A DNA stretch of 64,000 bases, from contig AP038806.1 in assembly GCA_047150005.1 (NCBI GenBank), forward strand, positions 2,944,001-3,008,000, read 5' to 3'. Position numbers and translations under genes: made by a program. Each line of letters opens with the position of its first letter. Position 1 is the stretch's first letter. Source of the stretch: Nitrospira sp. (GTDB taxonomy: Bacteria; Nitrospirota; Nitrospiria; Nitrospirales; Nitrospiraceae). This document shows positions 19,679-29,809 of this stretch, piece by piece. Below the pieces are notes generated by a model. That model worked only from the letters and a program-made list of their open reading frames with translations. It made no database searches and was not told where the DNA came from.

Positions 19679-20827
19679 TGTGGAAGCTAGAACTTAATCT
19701 GACAGTCAGCTAGAGTCCTCCCTCTTCACGAAAGGAGCGAGGACCATGACGACGGAACAAAAGATCATTAAGACGAAAGTCGGCGTGCTGGAACTGGCGA
19801 AGCAGCTCGGCAATGTCTCCAAAGCCTGCCAGCTGATGGGGTATAGCCGCGATAGTTTCTATCGATTCAAGGAACTCTACGAGACCGGCGGCGAGGCCGC
19901 GCTTCAAGAGATTTCGCGGCAGAAGCCGCTCCTCAAGAATCGGGTGGCACCCGAGGTGGAACAGGCCATCGTGCAGATCGCTATTGAGCAACCCGCGTGG
20001 GGACAAGCCCGCGTGGCGAATGAACTGCGCAAGCAGGCGCTGTCCATCTCCCCAGCGGGCGTGCGCTGTATCTGGCTCCGCCATGATCTCGCAACGATGC
20101 GGAAACGCTTAAAGGCACTGGAAGCGAAGGTAGCCCAAGCGGGACTGGTGCTTACCGAGGCCCAAGTCGTGGCGCTGGAGAAGGCGACGGCGGACAAAGA
20201 GGCCCACGGCGAATTTGAGAGCGAATGTCCCGGCTACTGCGGCGCGCAGGATACGTTCTACGTCGGCACCTTGAAGGGCGTCGGCCGCATCTACCAGCAA
20301 ACCTTCATCGATACCTACAGCAAGGTGGGATTTGCGAAGCTGTACGACCGCAAGACGCCGGTGACGGCCGCGGAATTGCTCAATGATCGGGTCTTGCCGT
20401 TCTTCGAGCAGCATGCCATTCCGCTGAACCGTGTGCTCACGGATCGCGGCACGGAATACTGTGGAACTCCGGAGCGCCATGAGTACGAACTCTATCTGGC
20501 CGTGGAGAACATCGATCATACGCGCACCAAGACGCGGCATCCCCAGACCAACGGGATCTGTGAACGGTTCCACAAGACCATGTTGAACGAGTTTTACCGC
20601 GTGGCGCTCCGCAAGAAGATCTATCGAACGCTGGAGGACCTCCAGGCTGACTTGGATGCGTGGATCCAGGAGTACAACGAGCAGCGCCCCCACCAAGGGC
20701 GCTGGTGCTATGGCAAGACACCGATGCAGACGTTTCTCGATAGTGTGCCACTGGCCAAGGAGAAAATGTTAGCGGCCTAAACCCGGTGAGGACTCGCTGT
20801 CTGTCAGATGAAGTCGTGAGTTATACA
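19679..20827 (+). mobile_element. IS481-family insertion sequence
   Basis: TGT...ACA ends with imperfect IRs (tgtggaagctagaacttaatctgacag / ctgtcagatgaagtcgtgagttataca) around a DDE transposase. Confidence 0.85.
19746..20780 (+). CDS. IS481-family transposase
   Basis: N-terminal HTH, 'QDTF', 'LTDRGTEY', '[11 protein letters not shown]'. Confidence 0.95.
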   Translation: MTTEQKIIKTKVGVLELAKQLGNVSKACQLMGYSRDSFYRFKELYETGGEAALQEISRQKPLLKNRVAPEVEQAIVQIAIEQPAWGQARVANELRKQALSISPAGVRCIWLRHDLATMRKRLKALEAKVAQAGLVLTEAQVVALEKATADKEAHGEFESECPGYCGAQDTFYVGTLKGVGRIYQQTFIDTYSKVGFAKLYDRKTPVTAAELLNDRVLPFFEQHAIPLNRVLTDRGTEYCGTPERHEYELYLAVENIDHTRTKTRHPQTNGICERFHKTMLNEFYRVALRKKIYRTLEDLQADLDAWIQEYNEQRPHQGRWCYGKTPMQTFLDSVPLAKEKMLAA

Positions 20828-21420
20828 GAGAATGTCCCTGTTCTTGGATCTCATCCCGTGCGTGGTGAAAGTCGCGCCAGGAGCCGCCATATCTTACGTG
20901 CCTTGGCTGCCAAGGAATGTGACAACGTGACCTCGAAGTGCTGCTACCAGACGTTGGAAAGTCAAATCGGGAGCGGGTTGCGTTATCTTCGTTCTTGACG
21001 AGTTGGTTGCCATGAGAAAACAGGCTGAAGTATAGAGTCGTTCTAGAACTAAACGGCGACAAAGCAATTCATATCTTCTGCTGTATGACACTCCTTCATG
21101 CCGCAACTGCCCTTTGTTCTTCATCGTTCTCCCACGAAACTCAGGATCGACTTGAAAGTAGGGCTCCTTATTGCCGACGGGGATTTTCACGTTGTCGCGG
21201 TCCTCAAGCAAGAACAAGTAACCAAGAAACGGAGGTGGAAACTTTCCGAAGCGACCTTCCCGAAACGCAGTCCAGATGTCTTTGGCGCTGCCCACCGCTT
21301 CTTCGGACCGGTTATTCACGTTGTTACCGATCGACTTGCCGGCCTGAGACTTAAACTCCATGGCGAGGATGAGTGCTCCATCGGATACCACGATCAAATC
21401 CCATTTCTTTGTAGCTCTAA

Positions 21421-22598
21421 GGAAGGTCTGATTTATTCCTCTTCCGAGATATGCTAAGGATGGCGCCTCACTTCTGAGGAGGCACCCCCATGCCGCAACA
21501 GACCTTTGCCGAGGGCACGTTCGAACAGTATCGCAAACCCACCCGCCGCGAGCGGTTCCTCGACGAGATGGATCGCGTGGTGCCGTGGGCGGAGTTGGTG
21601 GCCGTGATCGAGCCGGTCTATCCCAAGGCCGAGGGCCCGGGGCGTCCACCGATCGGGATCGAACGCATGCTGCGCCTCCATTGTCTGCAACAATGGTTCA
21701 ACCTGTCGGACCCCGCCGTGGAGGAAGCGTTGTACGACTCGCGGGCCATGCGGCAGTTCGTGGGCATTGATCTGGGCCGTGAGCCCGTGCCCGACGAGAC
21801 GACCATCTGCAAGTTTCGGCATCTCTTGGAGGCCCACGAGTTGGGGAAACAGCTCTTTGCGCGGATCGGCACGTATCTGGCGGCGCAGGGCTTGACCGTG
21901 AGCCGGGGCACCATCGTGGATGCCACCATTATCAGTGCCCCCAGTTCGACGAAGAATCGTACGAAGGAGCGGGATCCGGAGATGCATCAGACAAAGAAGG
22001 GAAACCAGTGGTACTTCGGCATGAAGGCCCATATTGGCGTGGACAGCCGCACCAAGCTGATTCATTCGGTCGCGGCCACGGCGGCGAATATCCATGACAG
22101 TCAGGTGTTGCCCAAACTGCTGCATGGGCAGGAGACCCGGGTGTGGGGCGACTCAGCTTATAGCGGGCAACGTGACGTGATGCAGCGCCACGCCCCCAGG
22201 GCCAAGAGCTTCGTGCAGACGAAAGCCCATCGCCATCAGCCGCTGAGTGAACCGGAGCGGGCCAGGAACCGGACGAAGTCGAAGGTCCGTGCGAAGGTCG
22301 AACATGTGTTCTTGGTGATGAAGCGGATCTTCGGCTGGGCCAAAGTCCGGTACCGTGGGTTGGCGAAGAACACCCACTGGCTCCAGATCAGCTGCGGCTT
22401 GGCCAATCTGTACATGGTGCGGCGACGGCTTTTGGCGGAGACGTAGGGAACGGGGGTCCGGAGACTGGCAACGAGCCATCGGACGGTGGGTGCGCCCCAT
22501 GAACAGGCTCCCGGACCAGCGGATGCCTACCGGATTCGTCCTGCTGATCAGCCCAGGAACAAATTTCTGAGTGGAAATGTGAATAAATCAGACCTTCC
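21421..22598 (+). mobile_element. IS5-family element, copy 1 (1178 bp)
   Basis: 18-bp TIR ggaaggtctgatttattc / gaataaatcagaccttcc; TSD CTAA. Confidence 0.97.
21490..22446 (+). CDS. IS5-family transposase
   Basis: 'IVDATII', 'WYFGMKAHIGVD', 'GDSAY', 'RAKVEH'. Confidence 0.97.
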   Translation: MPQQTFAEGTFEQYRKPTRRERFLDEMDRVVPWAELVAVIEPVYPKAEGPGRPPIGIERMLRLHCLQQWFNLSDPAVEEALYDSRAMRQFVGIDLGREPVPDETTICKFRHLLEAHELGKQLFARIGTYLAAQGLTVSRGTIVDATIISAPSSTKNRTKERDPEMHQTKKGNQWYFGMKAHIGVDSRTKLIHSVAATAANIHDSQVLPKLLHGQETRVWGDSAYSGQRDVMQRHAPRAKSFVQTKAHRHQPLSEPERARNRTKSKVRAKVEHVFLVMKRIFGWAKVRYRGLAKNTHWLQISCGLANLYMVRRRLLAET

Positions 22599-22823
22599 CT
22601 AAAGTATCCGGGTAGTTCAAGAGCCGTTCGCGTCCGAACATCGAGTTTCTTCAGGCCTGCGTCACAAAGAATGTCAGAGATCAAGATTTCCAATGCACCC
22701 ATCTGGGTGCCGCCTGTTACCTCGCCTCTGGACCCTGCGTCGATTTTTCCTGACTGGACCTGCTTCTCCTTGTTGTTCCGTCTGGCATCCCAGTAGCTCT
22801 GGACGGCTGCTTGCAGCCTTTTC

Positions 22824-24533
22824 TCAATATTCAAGCGCAGCCTCCATCAGAATCCTATCGATGCCATACACCTCTAGCGCTACTTCCGTGGCGAGGGGAC
22901 GATTACGACAGCGGAAAGCGTTGCGTAATTTATGAGCATGCTCAACTGTTAGCGCGTTCGGCGAGGGCACTCGAATACGGCGCAGATACTGAGCCTGAAA
23001 TCGCAAGTAGCCGCCTCGTATCCGGACACCGTATGATTCTACGAAGAACTGTCCGACAGCGGACATGAGAAGTCCTCCGAGTACTTCCAAGTCCCATTCG
23101 TCTGATTGGATGAAATACAGATTGTGATGTGGGTAGGTTTCTCCTCGATCCAAGACTGGTTCCAATACGTTCTTAATGTCGGGGATATACAGCTTCTGCT
23201 TCTTGAGGAGTGCGTGATTCACACGGTCGATGGTCTTATACCATCCGATCGTGTTCTTTTCGACAGTGTGACGCTTCTTCAGAGCTGCCGCATGGCTTTG
23301 ATAGTAGGTCTTCAGCTTAGGAAAGCAATCTAGGTCCACCAAACCGTCGCTTCCCCAAGGATTGATCAGGTAATGCCCAGACCATTGCAACGTGCCACCT
23401 GACAAATCCTTCGCGAGGGCGAGTTTCAAAAGTCGGGTAGACTCGACGATCTCTGAATCGGTTGTGAGATACACGCGATCATTCCCGGTGGCTACACCAA
23501 TTCCAACTCTCGCGCTGGCCTCCAAAGGGGAGAATTGATCCTCAAGGGTTCGAAGTAATGCGAGCTGTTCGGGCGAGTGACAGGGCCAAGGGCTAGTTCC
23601 CTTGAACCAGTGTGGCACTTGGGCCAATCGGAGAAAGGTTGAAGGGGGTAAAGCGTTCTGCGCGGTCCCTTGTAGGATTGCCGCCAGCTGATATGCCGGG
23701 AGGGTCTCAATCTCTGGACCAGCGCTTGCTACGATGGCCGTTCTTTGGTTCGTGCGTCTTATAATTGTGATGGCGGGATAGGCACTGACTTCGTCGTGAA
23801 ATGCATCAGCATCATGCATGCTCAGGATGACCTCGACGTCATACTCAGATGTAATAAGCTGTCGAAGTTCTGCACCGTATTGGTTCTTCATCCATCGATC
23901 GGCGCAGATAAAGGCGCAGACCCCTCCAGGCTTAAGCTGCCGAAGCGCAGCTTCAAAAAATGCCACATAGAGATCAGCCCGCCCTCGCATCGTAGGGTAC
24001 ATGTTTCGGTAGAGGGTCGCGGTGTCCTCGGGGATGTCTTCGAGCCGCACATACGGAGGATTGCCGATAACAAAGTCAGCTGATTGATTGATCGCATCGA
24101 GCAGGTAATTGTTCGTGATCACCCATTCTTTTGATAGTTCTTCGGCCAAAACTTGATCCACTCCGTGGTCTATGAGGATTGTCTTGGCCAGTAAACGCGT
24201 ATGGATGGCGCTTGATTCATTCAACTCATACGCGAGCAAGGATTCGTGGCAATCGGTAAGCCGCCGGCTGAATTTCTGGCAAGATTGTAAAAGGCGCTCG
24301 ATCATTAATTCTAGAAAGGCGCCTTCGCCCGCGGAAGGCTCGACGGCTAGCATGTTTGCCAGGTCATTCTGCGGAGAATAGCCGCTTAGATCGAGCATTA
24401 ATTCGACCACCCAGCGCTTGGTGTACACGACTCCCTTTGGTTCAGCCAAGCTGACAGAGAGAGACGGATCTGAAGGCGCGATAAGCTGAAGTTGAATGCC
24501 CTGGGTTGATGGGAGGATCCGACGATTGGTCAC
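22824..24533 (-). CDS. Gamma-class N6-adenine DNA methyltransferase (M.PaeR7I/TaqI-like)
   Basis: Motif I 'EPSAGEGAF', motif IV 'IGNPPY'; overlaps the endonuclease start. Confidence 0.9.
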   Translation of the reverse strand: MTNRRILPSTQGIQLQLIAPSDPSLSVSLAEPKGVVYTKRWVVELMLDLSGYSPQNDLANMLAVEPSAGEGAFLELMIERLLQSCQKFSRRLTDCHESLLAYELNESSAIHTRLLAKTILIDHGVDQVLAEELSKEWVITNNYLLDAINQSADFVIGNPPYVRLEDIPEDTATLYRNMYPTMRGRADLYVAFFEAALRQLKPGGVCAFICADRWMKNQYGAELRQLITSEYDVEVILSMHDADAFHDEVSAYPAITIIRRTNQRTAIVASAGPEIETLPAYQLAAILQGTAQNALPPSTFLRLAQVPHWFKGTSPWPCHSPEQLALLRTLEDQFSPLEASARVGIGVATGNDRVYLTTDSEIVESTRLLKLALAKDLSGGTLQWSGHYLINPWGSDGLVDLDCFPKLKTYYQSHAAALKKRHTVEKNTIGWYKTIDRVNHALLKKQKLYIPDIKNVLEPVLDRGETYPHHNLYFIQSDEWDLEVLGGLLMSAVGQFFVESYGVRIRGGYLRFQAQYLRRIRVPSPNALTVEHAHKLRNAFRCRNRPLATEVALEVYGIDRILMEAALEY

Positions 24534-25016
24534 TAAGGCCTCAAAGTCACACTGCGAGATTCACAGGAGTCGTCGCATACTAGCCCGTCCCAGGAATCTG
24601 TTCAAGAAGTCGGAACTGCGTTTGCCTATCTCCTCTTTCCCCTAGAGCCATCACTTTGCGATTGGCTAAATATCAGGACCCGCCGACTGTTCTGCGGCGA
24701 TCCTTTTAAGCTTGCTCGTTTCCTCCCTTCCGGCATGAGGAGGATGGACAGACTTCCCTGCGACATGCGACAGGTCAGCAATACGATGTCCTCCCGAGCT
24801 TGATGGTCTCCCTCTCCTCGGCAGGTGGGAGGATGCGGGTCGGCCGGCGACGTTGACGATTGGCATGGCGCAGGATCTCGGTCGCGTTAGCGACGGCCAT
24901 GCATGTCCGAAGGTCCGTTGACCAGAGGAACAACGGACCGAGTTTGCGTGGCCGAGGGATGCTGCGCCATGCGGTTTCAATCGTCGTGGAGCCGGCGACC
25001 CGTATCCTCCCGCATC

Positions 25017-27284
25017 TCACAACTTCCCAAACATCCTCTCCCAAAACTCCCTCACTCTCCCCATATGCTCCTCAATATCCGTCTTCAAATGCCTCGCCCC
25101 CGCCTGCCAATCATCCGTCGTATATCCGACGCGCCTGGCCAGGAAAATGAATTCGTCGGAGTCGCTCGGAGGCAGCACGAGATCCTTGGCATGGCCTCTG
25201 ACCATGCGGAGACCGTCGATGAGCATGCGGATGAACAGATAGGCCTTGCGGAGATGGTCGCCGTCCTGACGCGCGACGATGCCGGATTCCACGAGGCCAT
25301 GTAACGCCAGCATTGTGTTGGGTGTGCGCAGGATCGCATGACGGTGGCCGTGCATCACCTGGAGATATTGCACGGCATACTCGATGTCGATGACGCCGCC
25401 GGGACTGAGCTTGACGTTCACCGTGCCACGTTCGACCAGTTGCTTGAGCTGCTGCCGTCGCAAATCGAGCGCGGTGGGGAGATCCCATGGCTCGTCGCTG
25501 TACACGTAACGGTCGCGATGGGCTTCGACGTGCTTGCCAAGCGTCGCATCGCCGGCCACGTGGCGCAACTTGACCAAGGCCTGACGCTCGAACGGCGCGG
25601 CCAAGCCGTCCTTGCTGTAGTATTTCACGACCTCGTCGAGCGGGTTGGCAAGCGAGCCCTTTCCTCCATGCGGGCGCAGGCGCACGTCGAGGTGGAAGAT
25701 GCCTTCCTGTTTGGCTTCGATCCATTGCAGGACTTCCTGCGCGAGCCGCTCGAAATACTCACCGTTGTCGATCCCGTGTTTGCCGCCGGTCCGTCCTGTT
25801 CCGCCGTAGACGAACAGGACTTCGATGTCGGAGGCGTAGCCCAGCTCTCTCCCGCCGAACTTGCCCATGCCTAACACGGTGAAGGGACAGGTTTTCTTTC
25901 CCGCCAGACGCGGCTCTCCATAATCTTTCGTCAGCTTGGCTCGGCAGTCGACCACCGCCCGGTCCAGGATCACTTCCGCGAGCTCCGTCAGCGCGAGGGA
26001 AAAATCTGCGAGGCCGGTCATCGGTTCGACGATGTGCTTCATGTCGATGCGGAACAGCTCGCGGTCCTTGAAACCGTTGAGAGCGGCCTTCCGCTCCTCT
26101 TCGGTCTTGGCGCGCGCAACCGATCGGTCGAGCTCCTTGCGCAGCGAAGGCTTGGGCTTGATGAGCGGAGAGTCGCGATAATCCTGAAGCAACGGCAACA
26201 AGTTATCGTGTTGGCGGCGGAGGAAATCCTCCCAGAGAAAGTCGCTGGCTCCGAGCAAGCGGGCGAGGAGCGGAAAGGTCTTCTTATCCGCCAGAAACGC
26301 CAGCGCCTCCTGCCGGGCCTTGCCCGTGCGGTCCTGCACGGTCAGGTCGAGAAATTGGTCGAAGGCCTCCAGCGCTTTCGTGGGATCGGGCGCCCAAGTG
26401 AGGGCATGGGTGAACTGTTTAATCAGGACGGCCGTCAGCCGGAGCTGTTGTTGCTCCTCGGCATCCGTGAGCTTCTGCCCGTGGCGGTTACGGACGTAGA
26501 ACCGGTCGTGGAGTTTCTCGCCCTCAAGGGCGATGCTCGCCTTGACGATGTAGACGTTGCGCATCGCCAGCGCGTTGGCGAAGGCATAGAGAAAGGCGGG
26601 TGTGTCGTCCGATCGGATGTCCATAATGGTATCCGTCGGCGACTGGCCGTTGTCGAAGCTGATCTGGACGGGATGTAGGAGGCCGCTGAAGGATCCGCGC
26701 CGCCGGGCGAGCTGCTCCACGAGATGGCGGTTGACCGCATGCCGCGCCTCCTCGACCTGTCCGCCGTCGAGAAGGCCGATGACCGAGCGAAGTTCATCGG
26801 CGAGACGGCGGTGTTCCTCGGAGTCGAACGGCACTCCCTGAGCCGGCTGCACCCTGAACACGTCGACGATCTTCTTTCTGCCGAGACCGGGCCTGGGTTT
26901 GCTGCGCCCACGAGGGCTGTGTCCCATCGACCCCTTCGCCGTGCCGGGAACGTGGCCTGCAAAGGTATAGATTCGTCCTTCCTCGATGTTGAGCCCGAAC
27001 GCCGACAGCAGGCCACAGATCGTGGCGAACAAGGCGAAGTAGTCGTACGCCACGATGGCCAGTTCCATCCGGCCATAGTGCGGCTCGCCCGCGAACAGCT
27101 CGCAGAGGTGATCGGGCGTCAGCGCCGCCGCCATGCGCAAGTGGCGCGCGACCGTCTCAGCCTCGAAACGGTGGAAATATTCCGGATCCATGCGGTCGAC
27201 GAAGTCGTCGAGGACGTCCGATGGGACATCCCGAATGAACGGCGACAGGTCTTGTAGAAGGGTTTCGCGCTCCGTTGCGTTCAT
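25017..27284 (-). CDS. GlnE-like nucleotidyltransferase with N-terminal ACT-like (GlnD-like) region
   Basis: 'GMGKFGGRELGYASDIE', 'DVRLRPHG', 'VKLSPGGVIDIEY'; N-terminal 'LLSAFGLNIEEGRI'. Confidence 0.8.
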   Translation of the reverse strand: MNATERETLLQDLSPFIRDVPSDVLDDFVDRMDPEYFHRFEAETVARHLRMAAALTPDHLCELFAGEPHYGRMELAIVAYDYFALFATICGLLSAFGLNIEEGRIYTFAGHVPGTAKGSMGHSPRGRSKPRPGLGRKKIVDVFRVQPAQGVPFDSEEHRRLADELRSVIGLLDGGQVEEARHAVNRHLVEQLARRRGSFSGLLHPVQISFDNGQSPTDTIMDIRSDDTPAFLYAFANALAMRNVYIVKASIALEGEKLHDRFYVRNRHGQKLTDAEEQQQLRLTAVLIKQFTHALTWAPDPTKALEAFDQFLDLTVQDRTGKARQEALAFLADKKTFPLLARLLGASDFLWEDFLRRQHDNLLPLLQDYRDSPLIKPKPSLRKELDRSVARAKTEEERKAALNGFKDRELFRIDMKHIVEPMTGLADFSLALTELAEVILDRAVVDCRAKLTKDYGEPRLAGKKTCPFTVLGMGKFGGRELGYASDIEVLFVYGGTGRTGGKHGIDNGEYFERLAQEVLQWIEAKQEGIFHLDVRLRPHGGKGSLANPLDEVVKYYSKDGLAAPFERQALVKLRHVAGDATLGKHVEAHRDRYVYSDEPWDLPTALDLRRQQLKQLVERGTVNVKLSPGGVIDIEYAVQYLQVMHGHRHAILRTPNTMLALHGLVESGIVARQDGDHLRKAYLFIRMLIDGLRMVRGHAKDLVLPPSDSDEFIFLARRVGYTTDDWQAGARHLKTDIEEHMGRVREFWERMFGKL

Positions 27285-27292
27285 GCAATGGC

Positions 27293-27344
27293 AGTATACC
27301 CGAAGCGACGGTTCGTTGTGCGCGTGCGAGGCGACCAGTATAAT
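27293..27344. promoter_or_regulatory. Back-to-back -10 elements for the divergent GlnE-like genes
   Basis: TATACT (minus, 27293-27298) and TATAAT (plus, 27339-27344), each 8 nt from its ATG. Confidence 0.55.
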
Positions 27345-27352
27345 GCCGCGCC

Positions 27353-29065
27353 ATGACGCAGCGGCCTTCCCCATCGCCTTCAGGCGCCGACGCTCCGGAG
27401 TCTCCGAGGGTGCCGGCCCGGCCTGACCCCACGCCGGTCTTGCTGGCAAAGGAGCGCAACGTCCAGGAGGTGCGGGCGATTCTGTCCGCCTATGGGCTGG
27501 TCGCTCCAGATCAAGCCGATCGCAATCTGCAGGCGATGGCCGGAGATCCGCACCAGCGCCGCCAACTGGCCGAGCTGTTGCCCACTCTCTTGGAGTCCGT
27601 CGGACGCACTGCCGATCCGGATCAGGCGCTCAATCACTGGGAGCGGCTGCTCGGCAATGTGACCCGCTCGTCCTTTCTGGTCTACTTGCGCAGCTCTCCC
27701 CGTATGCTCGATCTGCTCTGCACGATTTTCGGCAACAGCGACTCGTTGTCGTTCACCCTCATCCGGGATCCGATGTTGATCTATTGGCTTGCGGAGCAGG
27801 ATGTGTTGTCGCGCCCGCCGACCTGTACCGGCATGCAAAAGGGACTTCGGGAGCAACTCGGCCAGCTCACGGTGAAGGAATTGAAGCTCGAGGCGGTGCG
27901 CCGGTTCCGGAGGCGGGAAATGCTCCGGATCGGCGTGCGCGACCTGTTGCGGTTGGCGGATGTGCGGGAGACGACCGGATCGCTGTCCGATCTGGCCGGT
28001 CTGCTGATCCATGCCGTCTACGAGATCGTCGATGCCGATCTGCGCCGGCAGTACGGCGTGCCCATGCACAAGAACCGGCGCAGGCAATGGGTCGAGACGG
28101 GCTTTGCCGTCATGGGCATGGGGAAGCTCGGCGGCCACGAACTCAACTACAGCTCCGACGTGGATTTGATCTACATCTACGAATCACATGCGGGCGAGAC
28201 CAGGGTACCGCGCGGCCGGACCGCCGGTCGCGCGGCTGCCGCCGGCATTTCCAATGAAGAGTATTTCGAGATCTTGGCGCGGGAACTGACCAAAGCCTTG
28301 GTGGAGCCGAGCAAGGAAGGACGCATCTTCCGAGTCGATTTGCGCTTGAGGGCCGAAGGATCGGTCGGGCAACTGGCTCGTTCGCTGGACGAATACCGTT
28401 CCTATTATCGAACGAGAGGGCAGATATGGGAGCGGCTGGCGTTGCTCAAGGCCTGGCCCGTCGCCGGATCCGTCGCGGTGGGCAAATCATTCTTGCGGCT
28501 GGTGAAGCCGTTCGTTTTCGGCGCCGCCGCGAAGCTGCGCCGCTCCGACGTACTCGCGGTGGTGGACGACGTGCGGGCGGTGAAGGACATGATCGACGAC
28601 AAGATTGCGGAACGAGGTCACGAAAGCCGAAACGTGAAGCTCGGCACCGGCGGCATCAGGGAGATCGAGTTCCTGGTCCAGACTATTCAGGTCTTGGCCG
28701 GGGGTAAGGTTCCGGGGTTGCTGGACCGAGGTACGCTTGGGGCGCTGGATCGACTGGTTGCCCGAAGGGTGATGGCGGCGCAGGAACGCGATGCGCTCGT
28801 TCAGGCCTATGTGTTTCTCCGGGACGTGGAGCACAAGCTCCAGATGGTGCACGACCTTCAGACCCATGCGTTGCCGCAGGAAGAGGATGAGCTGGAACGG
28901 TGCGCGATCAGGATGGGATACGAGGGAGTCAGTCGATCGGCCGCCAGCCGGGCTTTCAGCGCCGACCATCGGCGGCATACGACAGTGGTCAATCGGGTCT
29001 TCCGCTCCTTCTTCAACGAGCCGAACACGTCGGCGCTGTTGAGGGCGGCTCTGCGGGTGAGCTAA
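27353..29065 (+). CDS. glnE: Glutamine synthetase adenylyltransferase-like protein (single GlnE module)
   Basis: 'GMGKLGGHELNYSSDVDL', 'RVDLRLR', 'WERLAL', 'VKLGTGGIREIEF'. Confidence 0.8.
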   Translation: MTQRPSPSPSGADAPESPRVPARPDPTPVLLAKERNVQEVRAILSAYGLVAPDQADRNLQAMAGDPHQRRQLAELLPTLLESVGRTADPDQALNHWERLLGNVTRSSFLVYLRSSPRMLDLLCTIFGNSDSLSFTLIRDPMLIYWLAEQDVLSRPPTCTGMQKGLREQLGQLTVKELKLEAVRRFRRREMLRIGVRDLLRLADVRETTGSLSDLAGLLIHAVYEIVDADLRRQYGVPMHKNRRRQWVETGFAVMGMGKLGGHELNYSSDVDLIYIYESHAGETRVPRGRTAGRAAAAGISNEEYFEILARELTKALVEPSKEGRIFRVDLRLRAEGSVGQLARSLDEYRSYYRTRGQIWERLALLKAWPVAGSVAVGKSFLRLVKPFVFGAAAKLRRSDVLAVVDDVRAVKDMIDDKIAERGHESRNVKLGTGGIREIEFLVQTIQVLAGGKVPGLLDRGTLGALDRLVARRVMAAQERDALVQAYVFLRDVEHKLQMVHDLQTHALPQEEDELERCAIRMGYEGVSRSAASRAFSADHRRHTTVVNRVFRSFFNEPNTSALLRAALRVS

Positions 29066-29066
29066 A

Positions 29067-29129
29067 GGGGTCAGGAACCGTTTGGCGGAACGACCCGCAG
29101 GGCGCTGCGCGCAAATGGTTCCTGACCCC
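29067..29129. repeat. REP-like palindrome between convergent genes (possible bidirectional terminator)
   Basis: ggggtcaggaaccgtttg ... caaatggttcctgacccc. Confidence 0.7.
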
Positions 29130-29149
29130 GACCCCCGTCAGGTAAGCCG

Positions 29150-29797
29150 CTAGAACGAGGCTCGCACCGTGTTCGGTGTGCCGGGGACCGTGCATTTGTT
29201 GCAGACGCCGGAGCTGATCTTGGCGTTGAGCTTTTCTTCGAGATAGTCTTCGAGCCGTTGCCACAGCCCGCCGCTGGTTTTGACCCGCTTGCACTTGGCG
29301 CACAGGCACAGCGCACCTCGAAGCGACTTGAGCTCCTGGACCGTCTTGCCGAGCTGCTTGGCCTGCTCGTCGAGTTCCCGCTCGCGCTCCGTGCGATTGT
29401 CCAGTTCCTCCTTGAGGCTCATGGCCATAGAGACACGCGCCACCAGTTCCGCGGGAATCACCGGCTTGCGGATGTAGTCCGTGGCTCCGGCGGTGTAAGC
29501 CGCGGTCAGGTCGGACGAGTCGGTTCTGGCCGTCACCACGATCACGGGAAGATGCTCCAGCCGCTCGTCTTCGCGGATGCGTCGGCAAGCCTCCAAACCG
29601 TCCATGTCGGGCATGATGATGTCCATCAGGACGATGTCCACGCGATCCGGCGGCGGTGCCGAGGATCCGACACCCAGCCGCTGCAAGGCGTCGGACGCGG
29701 AGTCGGCGAATAACAGCGACCGGTAGCCGGCCTGCTGAAGCGTGAGCGCCAGCAGTTCCCGTTGCTCCTCGAAATCGTCGACGATGAGAATGCTCAT
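29150..29797 (-). CDS. Response regulator with coiled coil and Cys-rich C-terminal domain
   Basis: 'ILIVDD', 'LMDIIMPDMDG', 'YIRKP'; CAKC...CNKC tail. Confidence 0.9.
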   Translation of the reverse strand: MSILIVDDFEEQRELLALTLQQAGYRSLLFADSASDALQRLGVGSSAPPPDRVDIVLMDIIMPDMDGLEACRRIREDERLEHLPVIVVTARTDSSDLTAAYTAGATDYIRKPVIPAELVARVSMAMSLKEELDNRTERERELDEQAKQLGKTVQELKSLRGALCLCAKCKRVKTSGGLWQRLEDYLEEKLNAKISSGVCNKCTVPGTPNTVRASF

Positions 29798-29809
29798 GGC
29801 ACGGCTCCT

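Larger units (their letters stand above)
20894..22834 (-). pseudogene. PaeR7I/XhoI-family type II restriction endonuclease interrupted by IS5
   Basis: Removing the IS and one TSD copy restores a 252-aa frame ...ELPGYFR|ATKKWDL...EFKSQ...GNNVNNRSEEAVG. Confidence 0.85.

Noticed and set aside
19673..20834. Target-site duplication for IS481
   Set aside because: Flanks gagatg and gagaat do not match exactly; not claimed
20894..21649. 251-aa and 148-aa (22388-22834) ORFs as independent genes
   Set aside because: Chimeras of endonuclease halves reading into IS5 ends
24540..25010. Short ORFs or an att/tRNA site at the island boundary
   Set aside because: No recognisable protein motif, tRNA fold or matching direct repeat found by eye
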